A stretch of 64,000 nucleotides of DNA from Candidatus Daviesbacteria bacterium (lineage in GTDB: Bacteria > Patescibacteriota > Microgenomatia > Daviesbacterales > UBA10151). The notes under the pieces are model-generated. The model was given only the letters and a program-made list of their open reading frames with translations. It was not told the DNA's origin and searched no databases. Position 1 is the first letter of the stretch, and every line of letters begins with the position of its first letter. The stretch covers positions 71,288-135,287 of the forward strand of contig JACPKP010000004.1 of NCBI GenBank assembly GCA_016186955.1. Reading direction: 5' to 3'. Positions 1-9,120 of this stretch are shown piece after piece. The translations under genes and the position numbers were made by a program.

Positions 1-4
1 GATT

Positions 5-1363
5 GTGGTAACCCCCCCCAATTTAAAATTCAAAACAATACTTGAACATTTCCAATTTAAGGACAGGGAGGTTTTTGAGCAAAGCCTTCATCTGGTGAAA
101 AGAAAAATTGCAGAGATTCCAGTACCTCTTCAGTTGGGCAGTGTATTGTTTAAAAAAGAAATTAACCCCAAAAAACTTTGGGTAAACTTAATGGATGGTT
201 GGTTTGAGCAGATACGTTCAAAAATATGGCGCGAAGGTTTCTCACCGAAATTTACAACCGTACTGACTGCAGAACCTGTTTTTTTTACCAACAGGGTTAC
301 TGCTTCAGGAGAGGTATATTTTAACTACGGCCAGCATCTGGCGGTTGTTAAAACATACAGTGGTAGATTAATACCTGAGCAGGTGCTGGAACTTGAAGCT
401 TTAATAGAAAAAGCCAATAAAAAATTACTCCTGCCTCAAATCTACCAATGGATTGTTAATGCTGATGCAAAAAATAACGGGAAACTGTTGATTGTCAAGC
501 TGTCCCCATTTACCGGCAATCCATTCCAGGAAGGACAGGATTTATATTACAGGGATATAAACAAAAATAAGCCAGAGGATCCGGTTTCAACCGAAAAGTC
601 TTCTGTTAAGGTTTTTCTGGAAATGGGCGATGACTATAAAATTGCCCGGGGTATTGACGGGGTTTTCATTAAAGGGGAAAAAGTTACCGATTATGATACA
701 AAGATCCTGCAGCTTGTTGAGGCGGGGATAACTTTTCCGGCGGCTCCGATTATTTTTAGGTTGCCTGATATTAAGGAGGGTTTTGGAGGGGTAAGGGGAA
801 CACTGAAGTTAATACATTCGGATACAATCTTAAAAAAAGAGGCTGAAATTTATCTTTTTTGCCGGCACAAAAAAGGGCTTTTAAATGCAGCTATAGGGAT
901 ACCTTTTACCAGGTCTGTCCAGGAATTTTTACAGATCAAAAGGGATTTGGCGGTTTTGGGTATCTCCAGGAAAGGCAGCTTAAAATTATGGTTTGAAATG
1001 GCAGCCCCGGAAAATATCCTTAATTTGGAAGATTATTTGATGGCAGGTTTTGACGGGGCGATTATTAATTTAGATGAGTTGGCTGCTTGGCTTGGAGGGT
1101 TTAACCCTGAAGAGCCGGAAAGCATTTTTTATAAAAAGCAGGTAGGCGCAATGGTTAAATTTTTAGAGGATGGTTTAAAAGTTTTACATAAGGCTGGTAT
1201 TCCCATGCTTGCCAGCGGGAAACTGGCTTTGCATGATGATGTGCTGGCATTTTTGATAAATAAAGGTGTTTGGGGTATTAATGTTGATTTTTCCAATATA
1301 TTTGGAATACATGACCATCTTAGGTTTGTTGAAAAAAGAAACTTAAGGCTTAAAACAGCATGA
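5..1363 (+). CDS. PEP-utilising enzyme-like protein (PEP synthase/PPDK C-terminal TIM-barrel-like, degenerate); may be 5'-truncated by the window edge
   Basis: C-terminal segments GIPFTRSVQEF, KLWFEMAAPENILNLEDYLMAGFDGAIINLDEL resemble the PEP-utilizers C-terminal domain; catalytic motifs are not clearly intact. Confidence 0.55.
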   Translation: MVTPPNLKFKTILEHFQFKDREVFEQSLHLVKRKIAEIPVPLQLGSVLFKKEINPKKLWVNLMDGWFEQIRSKIWREGFSPKFTTVLTAEPVFFTNRVTASGEVYFNYGQHLAVVKTYSGRLIPEQVLELEALIEKANKKLLLPQIYQWIVNADAKNNGKLLIVKLSPFTGNPFQEGQDLYYRDINKNKPEDPVSTEKSSVKVFLEMGDDYKIARGIDGVFIKGEKVTDYDTKILQLVEAGITFPAAPIIFRLPDIKEGFGGVRGTLKLIHSDTILKKEAEIYLFCRHKKGLLNAAIGIPFTRSVQEFLQIKRDLAVLGISRKGSLKLWFEMAAPENILNLEDYLMAGFDGAIINLDELAAWLGGFNPEEPESIFYKKQVGAMVKFLEDGLKVLHKAGIPMLASGKLALHDDVLAFLINKGVWGINVDFSNIFGIHDHLRFVEKRNLRLKTA

Positions 1364-1366
1364 AAG

Positions 1367-2038
1367 TTAGAGTGTAAATAATAGAATAATCTCTCCTTTG
1401 GGACGCTGCGATGAAAGTTTGTTCATCCAAAAAGATAACTTCTGTTTCTCCACAGCCTGATGGATTTTAGATAGCTCCCTAGCCAAAGTTATTTCAACAT
1501 CACCAAACACCTCCAGCATGTCCCCTAAAGTCCGGGTTAATTTAAAAGGGGCTACAAATATTATATAAGTTGTCTGTAAAATTTTGTTGCTTTGCATGAT
1601 TTTTTCCAGCATGCTTTTTCTTTTACCCTGTTTTTGGGGTAAATACCCTAAAAATAAAAACTTGTCAGGCGGTAAACCGGATAGGGTGAGGGCGGTTATA
1701 ACCGAAGTCGGGCCGGGAAGTGAATCAACAGTGATATTTTCCTCCAGACAATTTTTGACCAGTTTATATCCGGGGTCGGAAATCAGCGGAGTCCCTGCAT
1801 CAGATACCAGGGCAAAGTTTTGTCCCTGTTTGAGTTTTTCTAAAAGCATGGGGGCTGTTTTTTCTTCATTAAAGTCATTTAAAACCATCATTGGTTGTTT
1901 AATTTCATAATGGTTGAGTAAAACAGAAGTTCTTCTGGTGTCCTCGCAGATTATTCCGTCACAACTTCTAAGCGCCTCAAGCGCCCTTAAAGTGATATCT
2001 TTTAGATTACCGATAGGTGTTGGTATGATAGTTAACAT
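1367..2038 (-). CDS. rsmI: 16S rRNA (cytidine1402-2'-O)-methyltransferase
   Basis: PTPIGNLKDITLRAL, CEDTR, VSDAGTPLISDPG and ARELSKIH motifs. Start placed at the ATG at 2038. Confidence 0.95.
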   Translation of the reverse strand: MLTIIPTPIGNLKDITLRALEALRSCDGIICEDTRRTSVLLNHYEIKQPMMVLNDFNEEKTAPMLLEKLKQGQNFALVSDAGTPLISDPGYKLVKNCLEENITVDSLPGPTSVITALTLSGLPPDKFLFLGYLPQKQGKRKSMLEKIMQSNKILQTTYIIFVAPFKLTRTLGDMLEVFGDVEITLARELSKIHQAVEKQKLSFWMNKLSSQRPKGEIILLFTL

Positions 2039-2173
2039 AATATTTGACGGTAGAAAGTGGATGATTGATAATAGTAGTAGAAGATGGAGAATGGAAGGTA
2101 AGGATCTAGCTTCTATTTTCAATCCTCAAAATACTATTTTCTATCTTCTATAATCCATAGTCAATTATATTCT

Positions 2174-2782
2174 ATGTTGGAACAGATTGCTAATTGGATA
2201 ATAAATGTTATCTCAACAATGGGCTACCCGGGAATTATGTTGACTATGGCGGTTGAGTCAGCGCTGATCCCTTTGCCTTCTGAGATAATAATGCCTTTTT
2301 CCGGGTTTTTGGTTTCTACAGGAAAATTTGATTTAAATCTTGTTGCTTTATCAGGAGCAGTGGGAAATGTTTTAGGCTCTCTTTTGGCTTACTGGTTGGG
2401 GTATTGGGGGCATGAAAGGGTGGTGAGGAGATTAGTAAAGAGGTGGGGTAAATGGATTTTGCTCAGCGAAAAAGAACTGGATGAAGCTGAGAAGCTTTTG
2501 CATAAATATAAAGACCTGGTGGTTTTGGGCAGCAGGGTGATCCCGGGGATTAGGACTGTGATCTCACTTCCTTGCGGGATAGCAAAGCTGCCGTTGAAAA
2601 GGTTTGTCTTTTTAACCTTTATCGGGTCGCTTATTTGGTCGTATTTTTTGGCATGGATCGGGTTGGTGATGGGGGAAAATTGGGATACACTGGGGCCGTA
2701 TTTCCATAAAGCAGATGCAGTTGTGGGGGTTGCAATAGCTGGGGGATTAGTGCTATATGTTTATCATAGACTTAAGAGATAA
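2174..2782 (+). CDS. DedA family membrane protein
   Basis: ESALIPLPSEIIMPFSG and SRVIPGIRTVISLPCG motifs; hydrophobic helices. Confidence 0.92.
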   Translation: MLEQIANWIINVISTMGYPGIMLTMAVESALIPLPSEIIMPFSGFLVSTGKFDLNLVALSGAVGNVLGSLLAYWLGYWGHERVVRRLVKRWGKWILLSEKELDEAEKLLHKYKDLVVLGSRVIPGIRTVISLPCGIAKLPLKRFVFLTFIGSLIWSYFLAWIGLVMGENWDTLGPYFHKADAVVGVAIAGGLVLYVYHRLKR

Positions 2783-3036
2783 TGCCATACATAGAGCAGA
2801 CGATTGATCTTTTACTCCAGCCCCTTGCAGATTACCTGAAAAATTTACCAGAAAATGAGCAGGATGGGTCCTTAAATTATGCAGTTACTAAGCTGCTGCA
2901 TGAAATCTACCCTTTGCGCTACAGGCATATCAACAGGGCTATGGGTGTTTTATCCTGTATTGAAAAGGAGTACTACCGTAAGGTTGCAGCACCCTATGAA
3001 GACACAAAAATCCAGCAAAATGGGGAGGTAGTTTAA
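2782..3036 (+). CDS. Conserved-looking hypothetical protein
   Basis: 84-aa ORF translationally coupled to dedA (TAATG); GSLNY and EYYRKVAAPYED segments look conserved. Confidence 0.7.
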   Translation: MPYIEQTIDLLLQPLADYLKNLPENEQDGSLNYAVTKLLHEIYPLRYRHINRAMGVLSCIEKEYYRKVAAPYEDTKIQQNGEVV

Positions 3037-3654
3037 TTAATTAAACCTTCTAATCACACCGACGCATTTTCCTTGGATTCTGCAATCTGTTGTATAAATT
3101 GGTTGCATGGCAGCGTTGGCAGGTTCCAGGCGGATCCGGTCGTTTTCCCTAAAGAAGCGTTTTAAAGTTGCCAACCCGGTGCCCAAAAGCGCTACCACAA
3201 TTTCCCCGTCATTGGCAGTCATGGTTTCTTCGATAATCACAAAATCCCCGTCTAAGATTCCATCCTCAATCATTGAATCGCCTTTAACCTGTAAAACATA
3301 GGAACGCTTTTTATCAGAAAGCAGCGAAGGTGAAACCCCTATTGTGGCATCGGGGTCAGTGTAGGGCATAATCGGTTCCCCTGCGGCGATAAACCCTAAA
3401 ACAGGCAGCTCTATGCCCTGCAAGGCGCCTGATATCTTTTGGTCTAAAACCTCAATACCCCTGACAGTCCCTTCAAACCTTTTGATCACCCCTTTTTGGG
3501 CCAGGGTCCTAAGATGCTCATGGACTGTTGCCAAGGATGAAACACCGATTGCATCGGCAATTTCACCAAGGGTTGGGGAATAGCCATACTTTTCTATATA
3601 GTCCTTTAAAAACCGTAAGACCTGTTTTTGGCGTCTGTAAAGAGTAACAATCAT
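3037..3654 (-). CDS. lexA: SOS repressor LexA
   Basis: N-terminal wHTH (GYSPTLGEIA), AAG cleavage site, VKGDSM catalytic Ser, ATLKRF catalytic Lys. Confidence 0.96.
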   Translation of the reverse strand: MIVTLYRRQKQVLRFLKDYIEKYGYSPTLGEIADAIGVSSLATVHEHLRTLAQKGVIKRFEGTVRGIEVLDQKISGALQGIELPVLGFIAAGEPIMPYTDPDATIGVSPSLLSDKKRSYVLQVKGDSMIEDGILDGDFVIIEETMTANDGEIVVALLGTGLATLKRFFRENDRIRLEPANAAMQPIYTTDCRIQGKCVGVIRRFN

Positions 3655-3662
3655 ACTACGAA

Positions 3663-3692
3663 ACTTTACCAAACAGAACCCGTAGCTGTCAA
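3663..3692 (-). promoter_or_regulatory. Putative sigma70 promoter of lexA
   Basis: TTGACA-N18-TAAAGT on the minus strand, 8 nt before the ATG. Confidence 0.55.
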
Positions 3693-3768
3693 CTGGGTAA
3701 ATTTATATCAAACATAGTCAGTTTTGATTATTTGTAAATTTAGTGGTAGGATTTGGGTAAAGAGTTAT

Positions 3769-4113
3769 ATGGTTGAGACAGTCAAGAAATTTACTCCGGT
3801 GCAAGAGCTTAAAATAAGGCAGTTAGTACATATATCCAAGCTTTTGTATGATCTGGATTTGGAATTTAGGACACTGGGAAAGAATACACTGGAACATAAA
3901 TGGTTTGACGGCAAAAACCATAGAGTAGAAACTATTAATCAAACATATCTGGACGGGCTTAGGAAAATAAGGAACAATATTTATTTAGCATTAGGCCAGG
4001 AAGGGTTTACCAAAGAAGGAAATATGATCCTCCAAAAATATTTAACCCCTTACGATATTGCAATGGGTGATAAATTTAAGCAAAAGTCAGTTGCGGATCA
4101 GGCTGTAACCTGA
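3769..4113 (+). CDS. Hypothetical protein
   Basis: Open frame divergent from lexA; no recognised motif. Confidence 0.6.
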   Translation: MVETVKKFTPVQELKIRQLVHISKLLYDLDLEFRTLGKNTLEHKWFDGKNHRVETINQTYLDGLRKIRNNIYLALGQEGFTKEGNMILQKYLTPYDIAMGDKFKQKSVADQAVT

Positions 4114-5250
4114 TTTTTTTTGGTTCTCAATTATATAACCTAAAGAGACAAAAGCCGGGTTTTTTCTAATCCTGTAAATTAAGGCATTTAAAGCCCAATC
4201 AGAGCCTTCACCGTTTTTCCAAAGCGCTTCAAAAATTTCATCCTTGGTGACTGTTTTTCCTGCCCGGCTTTTAAGCAGTGCAAACAACCTTGATTCTTGA
4301 AACGGCAGCCTTACTCTGGCGCCCGATTTTATAAAATCAGCGAGGAGGGTGGTAAAAACCTCCAATTTTCCTCCGGTTTTTTTAACAAATCCTGTATCCA
4401 AAAGGTACTTTTCCGGAGTTTTTACCTTTTTTCCCAGGGCGGTTTTTTGGAGCAGTTTTCTTTGCGGATATTTAAGATATTTGTACAAGTCTTTAAGCTG
4501 GAATTTTATGGCCTTATCCTGCAGGGGATTTTCGTGCAGGCAGTCTGATTTTAAAAGAAGCTGCAAAAGCTGGTAGTGTCCGCCTGATAATTCTAAAGCC
4601 CTGTCAAAATCTTGATGCTTCAAAAATTTGGGAGCATTTAGTCCGGTAAGTTTTTTTAGATCTTCTTTTGAGTATGGTTTCAGGTAAAAAGTTTTAGAAT
4701 ACATATTTAAATTTCCGCCTGAGAGGGCTTTTGGTGATTGTTCCAGCAAAGGCCTGTTTGCCGCAAAAACCATGACAATTTTCTCTTTGTCTATATCACG
4801 CAATGAGCGCAAATTTGAGAAAAAAGATTGTTCCAGCAAAGGCCTGTTTGCCGCAAAAACCATGACAATTTTCTCTTTGTCTATATCACGCAATGAGCGC
4901 AAATTTGAGAAAAAATCTTCATTGAATTCCTTTTTAAGCCTGTCAAAACGGTTAAAAATTATGACTATGCGTCTATGTTTTTGAGCAAGCTCTTCCAGAG
5001 GATGGCGCAACTGCTTGCGGAGCAGTTTAAAGAGCTCACTTCTTGACAGTTTTGGAAGCTCATTGATATCGACATGGACAAAGTATGCGAATTTTTGGGT
5101 CGCCAGGAAACGCAAAAAAATAGAAATACCCATCGAAGGCATGCCGCAGACTGAAAATGTTGTGGAGTTTTCAATAAGTTGCCTGATCTTTTTAATATCC
5201 TCCCTGCAAAATTTCGGCCCCAGTTTTGCTTCTTTGAAAGAATTTGACAT
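4087..5250 (-). CDS. Degenerate AAA/STAND-like NTPase with C-terminal OmpR-type winged-helix DNA-binding domain
   Basis: GMPSMGIS degenerate P-loop, SGGHYQLL, C-terminal VTKDEIFEALW...ALIYRIRK...GY. Contains a 30-aa tandem duplication. Confidence 0.7.
   Translation of the reverse strand: MSNSFKEAKLGPKFCREDIKKIRQLIENSTTFSVCGMPSMGISIFLRFLATQKFAYFVHVDINELPKLSRSELFKLLRKQLRHPLEELAQKHRRIVIIFNRFDRLKKEFNEDFFSNLRSLRDIDKEKIVMVFAANRPLLEQSFFSNLRSLRDIDKEKIVMVFAANRPLLEQSPKALSGGNLNMYSKTFYLKPYSKEDLKKLTGLNAPKFLKHQDFDRALELSGGHYQLLQLLLKSDCLHENPLQDKAIKFQLKDLYKYLKYPQRKLLQKTALGKKVKTPEKYLLDTGFVKKTGGKLEVFTTLLADFIKSGARVRLPFQESRLFALLKSRAGKTVTKDEIFEALWKNGEGSDWALNALIYRIRKNPAFVSLGYIIENQKKSGYSLIRN
4736..4915. repeat. Exact 90-bp tandem duplication, in frame
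   Basis: 4736-4825 is identical to 4826-4915 and encodes FFSNLRSLRDIDKEKIVMVFAANRPLLEQS twice. Confidence 0.95.
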
Positions 5251-5632
5251 AAGTAAGTTGAAACGCGTCACTATTTTATCACTTTTTTATCAAGCAAAGC
5301 ATTAAGAAGTTGTTTATGATTCTAAAACAATGAAAGAGCATGTCGACAGGGCTAGGCGTCAATACGAAGGAGAGATGGAAAAAGAAAAGTGGTTGGTTTT
5401 TTACAGCGGTATAAAAGAAATTGAAGAAGTTGAGGAATTAGTTTCGGGATTACCGGATATAGAACTGGAAGTTGTTGCAGAGTCACCGCGGCGCTAGATT
5501 TTACGGCTTGAAAGCAATAAGAGGATATTTAAGCGGGAATATAAAAGAATATGATTAAAGAATCAGAATTGAATAGATTTGACAAAGAAAAAATTGAGGC
5601 AATTATTGCAAATTACCGCAAATATCCTTTAG

Positions 5633-6016
5633 ATGATCCTAAAGCAGACCCTCGCAGAAAAGTTTTTGAAAGCAGCATTTTTAATGGACCATCAAGAACG
5701 AGATACATGTATAAGAATTTATAGTAAGCATATTGCAGGAGTAACAATTCCGGAGGAGGTAAGAGATAGGGAATGGTTAAACCAAGTGGGAAAGAATTTG
5801 AATGGAGTAGGGGAAAAGCCCAAAAATAATGGAGTAATCTTTTGGCAGGAAATTTCCAAACTAGTGCCCGAACTGCTTTCCCATGAAGAGTTGAGCTGGT
5901 TAATGGAAAATGATCCAAAAGGAACAGGTGGATTTGATTTGTGTTGTAATATGTATTTTTTTGGACATTCATTACTTGCAAGTATGTTTGGGGTTTCTGT
6001 ACATGCCTGGAAGTAA
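5633..6016 (+). CDS. Hypothetical protein (start uncertain)
   Basis: 127-aa ORF; may be joined by a frameshift to an upstream ORF starting at 5551. Confidence 0.5.
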   Translation: MILKQTLAEKFLKAAFLMDHQERDTCIRIYSKHIAGVTIPEEVRDREWLNQVGKNLNGVGEKPKNNGVIFWQEISKLVPELLSHEELSWLMENDPKGTGGFDLCCNMYFFGHSLLASMFGVSVHAWK

Positions 6017-6097
6017 AAATAGCCTGCCACCTCGGAGGTGGGAGGCAAAGGCTAAATTATTAATTTTTTGGTTGGTTTTAAAAACGACTGAAAGGAG

Positions 6098-6331
6098 GTG
6101 ATTAAAATAGCAAAAGAGAGAGAACCGGAATATTCCGGTAATGTGAAAATTAAGCTTGAATCGGCAGTAGTCACCAGTGATAGATCTGCACGTGTTTTGG
6201 TTTATGACGGTGAAAGGTTAGTGGCAGAGATTTTAGCGGAAATGAGGATGGGTTTGGGCGCAGATTATGGGATGTACCATTATGTAACGCTCCATCCTAC
6301 CCAAAAAACGGTATGTAAATTACTGGTTTAA
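6098..6331 (+). CDS. Hypothetical protein
   Basis: 77-aa ORF with a purine-rich AAGGAGG sequence at its start. Confidence 0.45.
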   Translation: MIKIAKEREPEYSGNVKIKLESAVVTSDRSARVLVYDGERLVAEILAEMRMGLGADYGMYHYVTLHPTQKTVCKLLV

Positions 6332-7645
6332 AAGGTTGGATAGCATGTCCAGCACAGTTTTGCCAGGATTTTTAGGGTCAGGGATGGCAGCGAGGCATTT
6401 TTTGTACTGCCCCTCAATAGTTGCAGCCTGTTTTAATAATCCCGCATCTTTTAAATGTTCAAAAGTTTGAGCTGCAAAAAGCAGGTTGATGTTGCCTGAA
6501 AAATGGGGATCATCAAAAAAAGTTCCGCAGCTGGTCCTCGAAGTTAATGCTGAAACCTTAGCGCTGATCAGTGACAAACGGGGAGTGGTATGGACCCCGC
6601 CCGGGTTTTTAAAATGTTTATCAAAAGATGAGGCCATCAGCTCTATGTAGTCTTCCTGTTTTAATCCAAACTCTTTTTTGACAATTTTTGTGACAGCATC
6701 ATTTAATTTTTGATGTGATTTATAAAATGGGGCCTTCCATGATAAATCTCCCTGCCCGCAGCTGCAGACCCCCTGCCACCTGATTAAATTTCCGTGGGGA
6801 CAGCTCCAGGCAGTCCTTTCCTTAAGCCTGCCCCGCAGGGGGTTTTTGATCTCCAGATCATTTATAGGGATAGTGTTTATCCCATGGTTTGGCAGGGCGT
6901 TGTTTAATAAGTATTCTAAAAATATATCGCCAAACTTCCAGTGCCAGCCGAAAGTCTCCCCGTCTGTCCAGCCGATACAGATCTCATCTTCCTTCAGTTG
7001 ATAGGCTGTGGGGAGTATGAACTGTTTTGCAAAAACATTAGAGTTATGTTTTTCAGCAAAAGCCAGCGCACCGGAAAACCGCCTGTTAAACGGCAAAGCG
7101 AGAAGGTTTATTTTACCGGGAAGCTCCAAAAAAACAGGCTTGTTATCGCAAAAACCGCCTGATTCAAGCTCAATTTGTTCAGGCGCGCAGATTACACCCC
7201 GGTAACCGGATTTTGATAATATTGCCAGCGTCTCATTATCCAGTGCGCTCTCAGGCGCCCAAAAATATTTTGGTGTAAACCCCAAACTGTTGATCCCCGC
7301 TCCGGTTAAAATCTCCTTGTCTTCTTTTATAAGGTCAGGCAAAAGTGGATGGATAAAAGGATCACCCACACCGTTGCTGCTAATAGATTCTTGTATGACA
7401 GACAATGTTTGTCTGTCTCCTTTTTCCAGTTGCTCCCGCAAAATCCCATAACAGGTAAATGAAACTTTTTCAAGCAGGCCTTTTTTTGCCAGGGGGTGGT
7501 AACATTCCTCGGTTATAACTTCTGTCCAGTTTTTGCCTGTTTCCTGATAGTTTTGTGGGTCTGTTTTAATATGTCTTAAATTTTTATGGGAAGCTTCCCT
7601 AGGGGGTTGGTAAAGATGCAGGCCGACAGATAACTCTCTGGTCAT
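6320..7645 (-). CDS. Glycoside hydrolase family 57-like protein (DUF3536-type)
   Basis: HLYQPPRE, ITEECY, HPLLP, FWAPESA (nucleophile Glu), TDGETFGWH (acid/base Asp), TAWSCPHG. Confidence 0.85.
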   Translation of the reverse strand: MTRELSVGLHLYQPPREASHKNLRHIKTDPQNYQETGKNWTEVITEECYHPLAKKGLLEKVSFTCYGILREQLEKGDRQTLSVIQESISSNGVGDPFIHPLLPDLIKEDKEILTGAGINSLGFTPKYFWAPESALDNETLAILSKSGYRGVICAPEQIELESGGFCDNKPVFLELPGKINLLALPFNRRFSGALAFAEKHNSNVFAKQFILPTAYQLKEDEICIGWTDGETFGWHWKFGDIFLEYLLNNALPNHGINTIPINDLEIKNPLRGRLKERTAWSCPHGNLIRWQGVCSCGQGDLSWKAPFYKSHQKLNDAVTKIVKKEFGLKQEDYIELMASSFDKHFKNPGGVHTTPRLSLISAKVSALTSRTSCGTFFDDPHFSGNINLLFAAQTFEHLKDAGLLKQAATIEGQYKKCLAAIPDPKNPGKTVLDMLSNLLNQ

Positions 7646-7676
7646 TTTTTTGATTATACTCCACTACCTTAACCAT

Positions 7677-7705
7677 TTGACAAATTAGATTCATAAAGGT
7701 ACAAT
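7677..7705 (+). promoter_or_regulatory. Putative sigma70 promoter upstream of the sigma factor gene
   Basis: TTGACA-N17-TACAAT. Confidence 0.6.
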
Positions 7706-7741
7706 TCACTCTCAACTATGGGTTAATTAAATCTTAAAAAT

Positions 7742-8713
7742 ATGAGCATAGAATCATCAATCCGGACAAGCCGTGAAATCAGTGTGGATCCTTTGGAAAT
7801 TTATTTAAAAGATATTAACCAGGGGGAGTTACTGACAGCGCAAGAGGAGCTAGACTTGGCTAAAACTTACGGAAAAGGCAGGAGGGCTCAAGAAAAATTA
7901 AAAACATGTGAAGGCGGCCGCAGCAAGAAAAGGTTGGAAAAGATTGTTGCTGAAGGGCAGGAGGCAAAAACAAAACTGATTGAAAGGAATTTAAGGCTGG
8001 TTGTTAGTATAGCGCAAAAACACGGCAGAAAAGGTTTACCCCTTTTGGATTTAATCCAAGAGGGCAACTTCGGACTTTTCAGGGCGGTTGATAAATTTGA
8101 TTTTAAGAGGGGATATAGATTTTCAACATATGCTTACAGATGGATAGAACAATTTATAAATAGGACTCTGGCTAATGATTCAAGGAATATCAGAATACCG
8201 GTGCATGTGGTTGAAAAGTTTGGCAGGATAGACAGGATTTCTGCAGATGTGGCACAGGAATTTGGCAGGGAGGCAACACCCGAAGAAATGGCATTGGCAA
8301 TGAATACTACAGTTGCCAGGATAAGGGAGATCGATAGAGCCAGGCAGGAATCTGTTTCGCTTGAAAAGCCTGTCAGAAGCAAGGATGGTGATGACCGGGC
8401 AGCCAAATTGGAAGATATTATAAAAGCCCCGGATGATTCTGCAGTTGAAGCGGTAGAAAGTGTTGCAGAGTCCGAACTTTTAAAAATCCTGAAAGATAAT
8501 TTAAGCGAGAGGGAATATCAAGTGTTGCTAATGCGCTTTAGTGAGCAAAAACCACTTCAGGAAATAGCAGGGGCTATTGGTATATCCAGGGAGAGGGCCA
8601 GGCAGATTGAAATAAAGGCTTTGGGGAAGTTAAGAACACCCAGAATACAAAACAGACTAAAAAAGTTCATTAGTGATGAACCGCTAAAAATTATAAGAGA
8701 AAACTATTCATAA
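7742..8713 (+). CDS. RNA polymerase sigma-70 factor, RpoD/RpoS-like (regions 1.2-4, no region 1.1)
   Basis: NLRLVVSIA, DLIQEGNFGLFRAVDKFD, RFSTYA, IRIPVH, ISRERARQIE. Confidence 0.92.
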   Translation: MSIESSIRTSREISVDPLEIYLKDINQGELLTAQEELDLAKTYGKGRRAQEKLKTCEGGRSKKRLEKIVAEGQEAKTKLIERNLRLVVSIAQKHGRKGLPLLDLIQEGNFGLFRAVDKFDFKRGYRFSTYAYRWIEQFINRTLANDSRNIRIPVHVVEKFGRIDRISADVAQEFGREATPEEMALAMNTTVARIREIDRARQESVSLEKPVRSKDGDDRAAKLEDIIKAPDDSAVEAVESVAESELLKILKDNLSEREYQVLLMRFSEQKPLQEIAGAIGISRERARQIEIKALGKLRTPRIQNRLKKFISDEPLKIIRENYS

Positions 8714-9117
8714 GAGGTTGTATTAGGCTCCATCCTATAATTGGGGTTGTTTAAGAATTCATCAACTTTGTTTAAAATCTCAAAAGGTGTAAGACGCATT
8801 TTCATCAGATACCCCTGGGCACCTATCCGGAAAGCATAGTTTATAATATTTTCACTACCCAGGTTAGTGATCAACACCACTGGAATTTTTTTAGTGCTTT
8901 CCTGGCTTTTTAATTTTTTCAGCACCTCTATGCCGTTTAATTTAGGGATCATTATGTCCAGCAAAATCAGGTTTAAATCTGAAGAGGCCATCTTTAATGC
9001 CTGTTCCCCATCGATTACAGTAATAACCTGGTAACCTGCTTCGGTCAGAATTTTTTGGTAAAGTTCACTGATAAACGATTCATCTTCTACCAGTAAAATT
9101 TTACCTTTGCTGTTCAT
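8704..9117 (-). CDS. Single-domain response regulator (receiver)
   Basis: ILLVEDE, LLDIMIPKLNG, ITN, YLMK. Confidence 0.92.
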   Translation of the reverse strand: MNSKGKILLVEDESFISELYQKILTEAGYQVITVIDGEQALKMASSDLNLILLDIMIPKLNGIEVLKKLKSQESTKKIPVVLITNLGSENIINYAFRIGAQGYLMKMRLTPFEILNKVDEFLNNPNYRMEPNTTSYE

Positions 9118-9120
9118 ATA

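Noticed and set aside
5551-5724. Programmed frameshift linking the ORF at 5551 to 5633-6016
   Set aside because: It would need a +1 shift with no clear signal and no homology support; it could be simple decay or an error.
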